Assembly: GCA_049320885.1 (NCBI GenBank)
Contig: JBMORA010000025.1
Span: forward strand, 1-64,000
Origin: Thermodesulfobacteriota bacterium
GTDB lineage: Bacteria; Desulfobacterota; Desulfobacteria; Desulfobacterales; SURF-7
Length of the DNA stretch: 64,000 nucleotides
Reading direction: 5' to 3'
Shown: positions 63,578 to 64,000 of the stretch, one piece after another
Layout: each line of letters begins with the position of its first letter
Numbering within the stretch: position 1 is the first letter of the stretch
Notes under the pieces: generated by a model
Databases searched by the model: none
What the model was told of the DNA's origin: nothing
Seen by the model: only the letters and a program-made list of their open reading frames with translations
Position numbers and translations under genes: made by a program

Positions 63578-64000
63578 CTAAAACCGGTTGTGGCTCACGC
63601 GCTGGATGATTTCATTCTGCAGTTCCTTGCCGACGGTGGTGAAATAGGCGTTGTAACCCGTCACCCGTACCAGCAGATGCCGGTAATCCATGGGTTTTTC
63701 CTGGGCATCCCGGAGCATTTGCGGATCGAGCATATTGATCTGCAAGGCCGAGCCGCCGTTTTCCGCATATCCCCGGAGAAACGCCTTGAACTTTTTCCGA
63801 TGCTCCGGGTCCTTGAGAATCGAGGGATTGAAGGTGATGGTATGGCTGGCGCCGTTGGGCAGACTGCTGAGATAATCGCCCCAGTCGCCGTTCCCGGCGG
63901 ATCTTCCCCCGAGTACCTTCCCCACCGAGTTGGCGTTGGAAGTCGGACCGTGGATATCAGCGCCGTTGGACGGGCAAATGGCGTTGGAAAGGAACTGCCC
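63578..64000 (-). CDS. Glycyl radical enzyme, C-terminal part (starts beyond the window)
   Basis: Frame open to 64000 (GQFLSNAICPSNGAD..GPT); LQIN, LRDAQ..P..Y..LLVRVTGYNAYF..V..ELQ.EII.R glycyl loop. Confidence 0.95.
   Translation of the reverse strand, partial: GQFLSNAICPSNGADIHGPTSNANSVGKVLGGRSAGNGDWGDYLSSLPNGASHTITFNPSILKDPEHRKKFKAFLRGYAENGGSALQINMLDPQMLRDAQEKPMDYRHLLVRVTGYNAYFTTVGKELQNEIIQRVSHNRF

Overview
GC-rich bacterial chromosome segment. Gene content (sigma54 regulation, many hybrid histidine kinases, rubrerythrin-like protein, glycyl radical enzyme) suggests an anaerobic Desulfobacterota-like organism (inference). In order it holds: a partial Ala/Glu/Lys-repeat protein, a MetF-family protein, a ferritin-like protein, two sigma54-driven GcvH-like proteins, a lipoprotein, a PilZ/degenerate acyl-CoA synthetase fusion, putA, ppdK, small signalling and hypothetical genes, a chemosensory operon (cheW-MCP-cheR-cheA-cheD-HDOD-cheY-cheX-cheB-hybrid kinase-Hpt/REC), a 15-kb hybrid-kinase island, queC/queE, a class I adenylate cyclase, aroF/aroB, a FIST-kinase pair, an SBP-GNAT-membrane-MFS-TPR operon, and the 3' end of a glycyl radical enzyme locus. 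I saw no rRNA, tRNA, CRISPR array, transposase or integrase. The most striking unexplained structure is a family of 7-bp tandem arrays (GAATTAC/GAATTAG, plus a second ATAGGNN family) at about 12 sites on gene junctions, with consistent polarity relative to transcription. One inverted pair (perfect 23 bp) brackets a four-helix-bundle (IVS/Avd-like) gene as a 500-bp cassette. Another pair (perfect 34 bp) brackets 7.9 kb of the chemotaxis operon. Domain calls come from motif recognition by eye, not from database searches.
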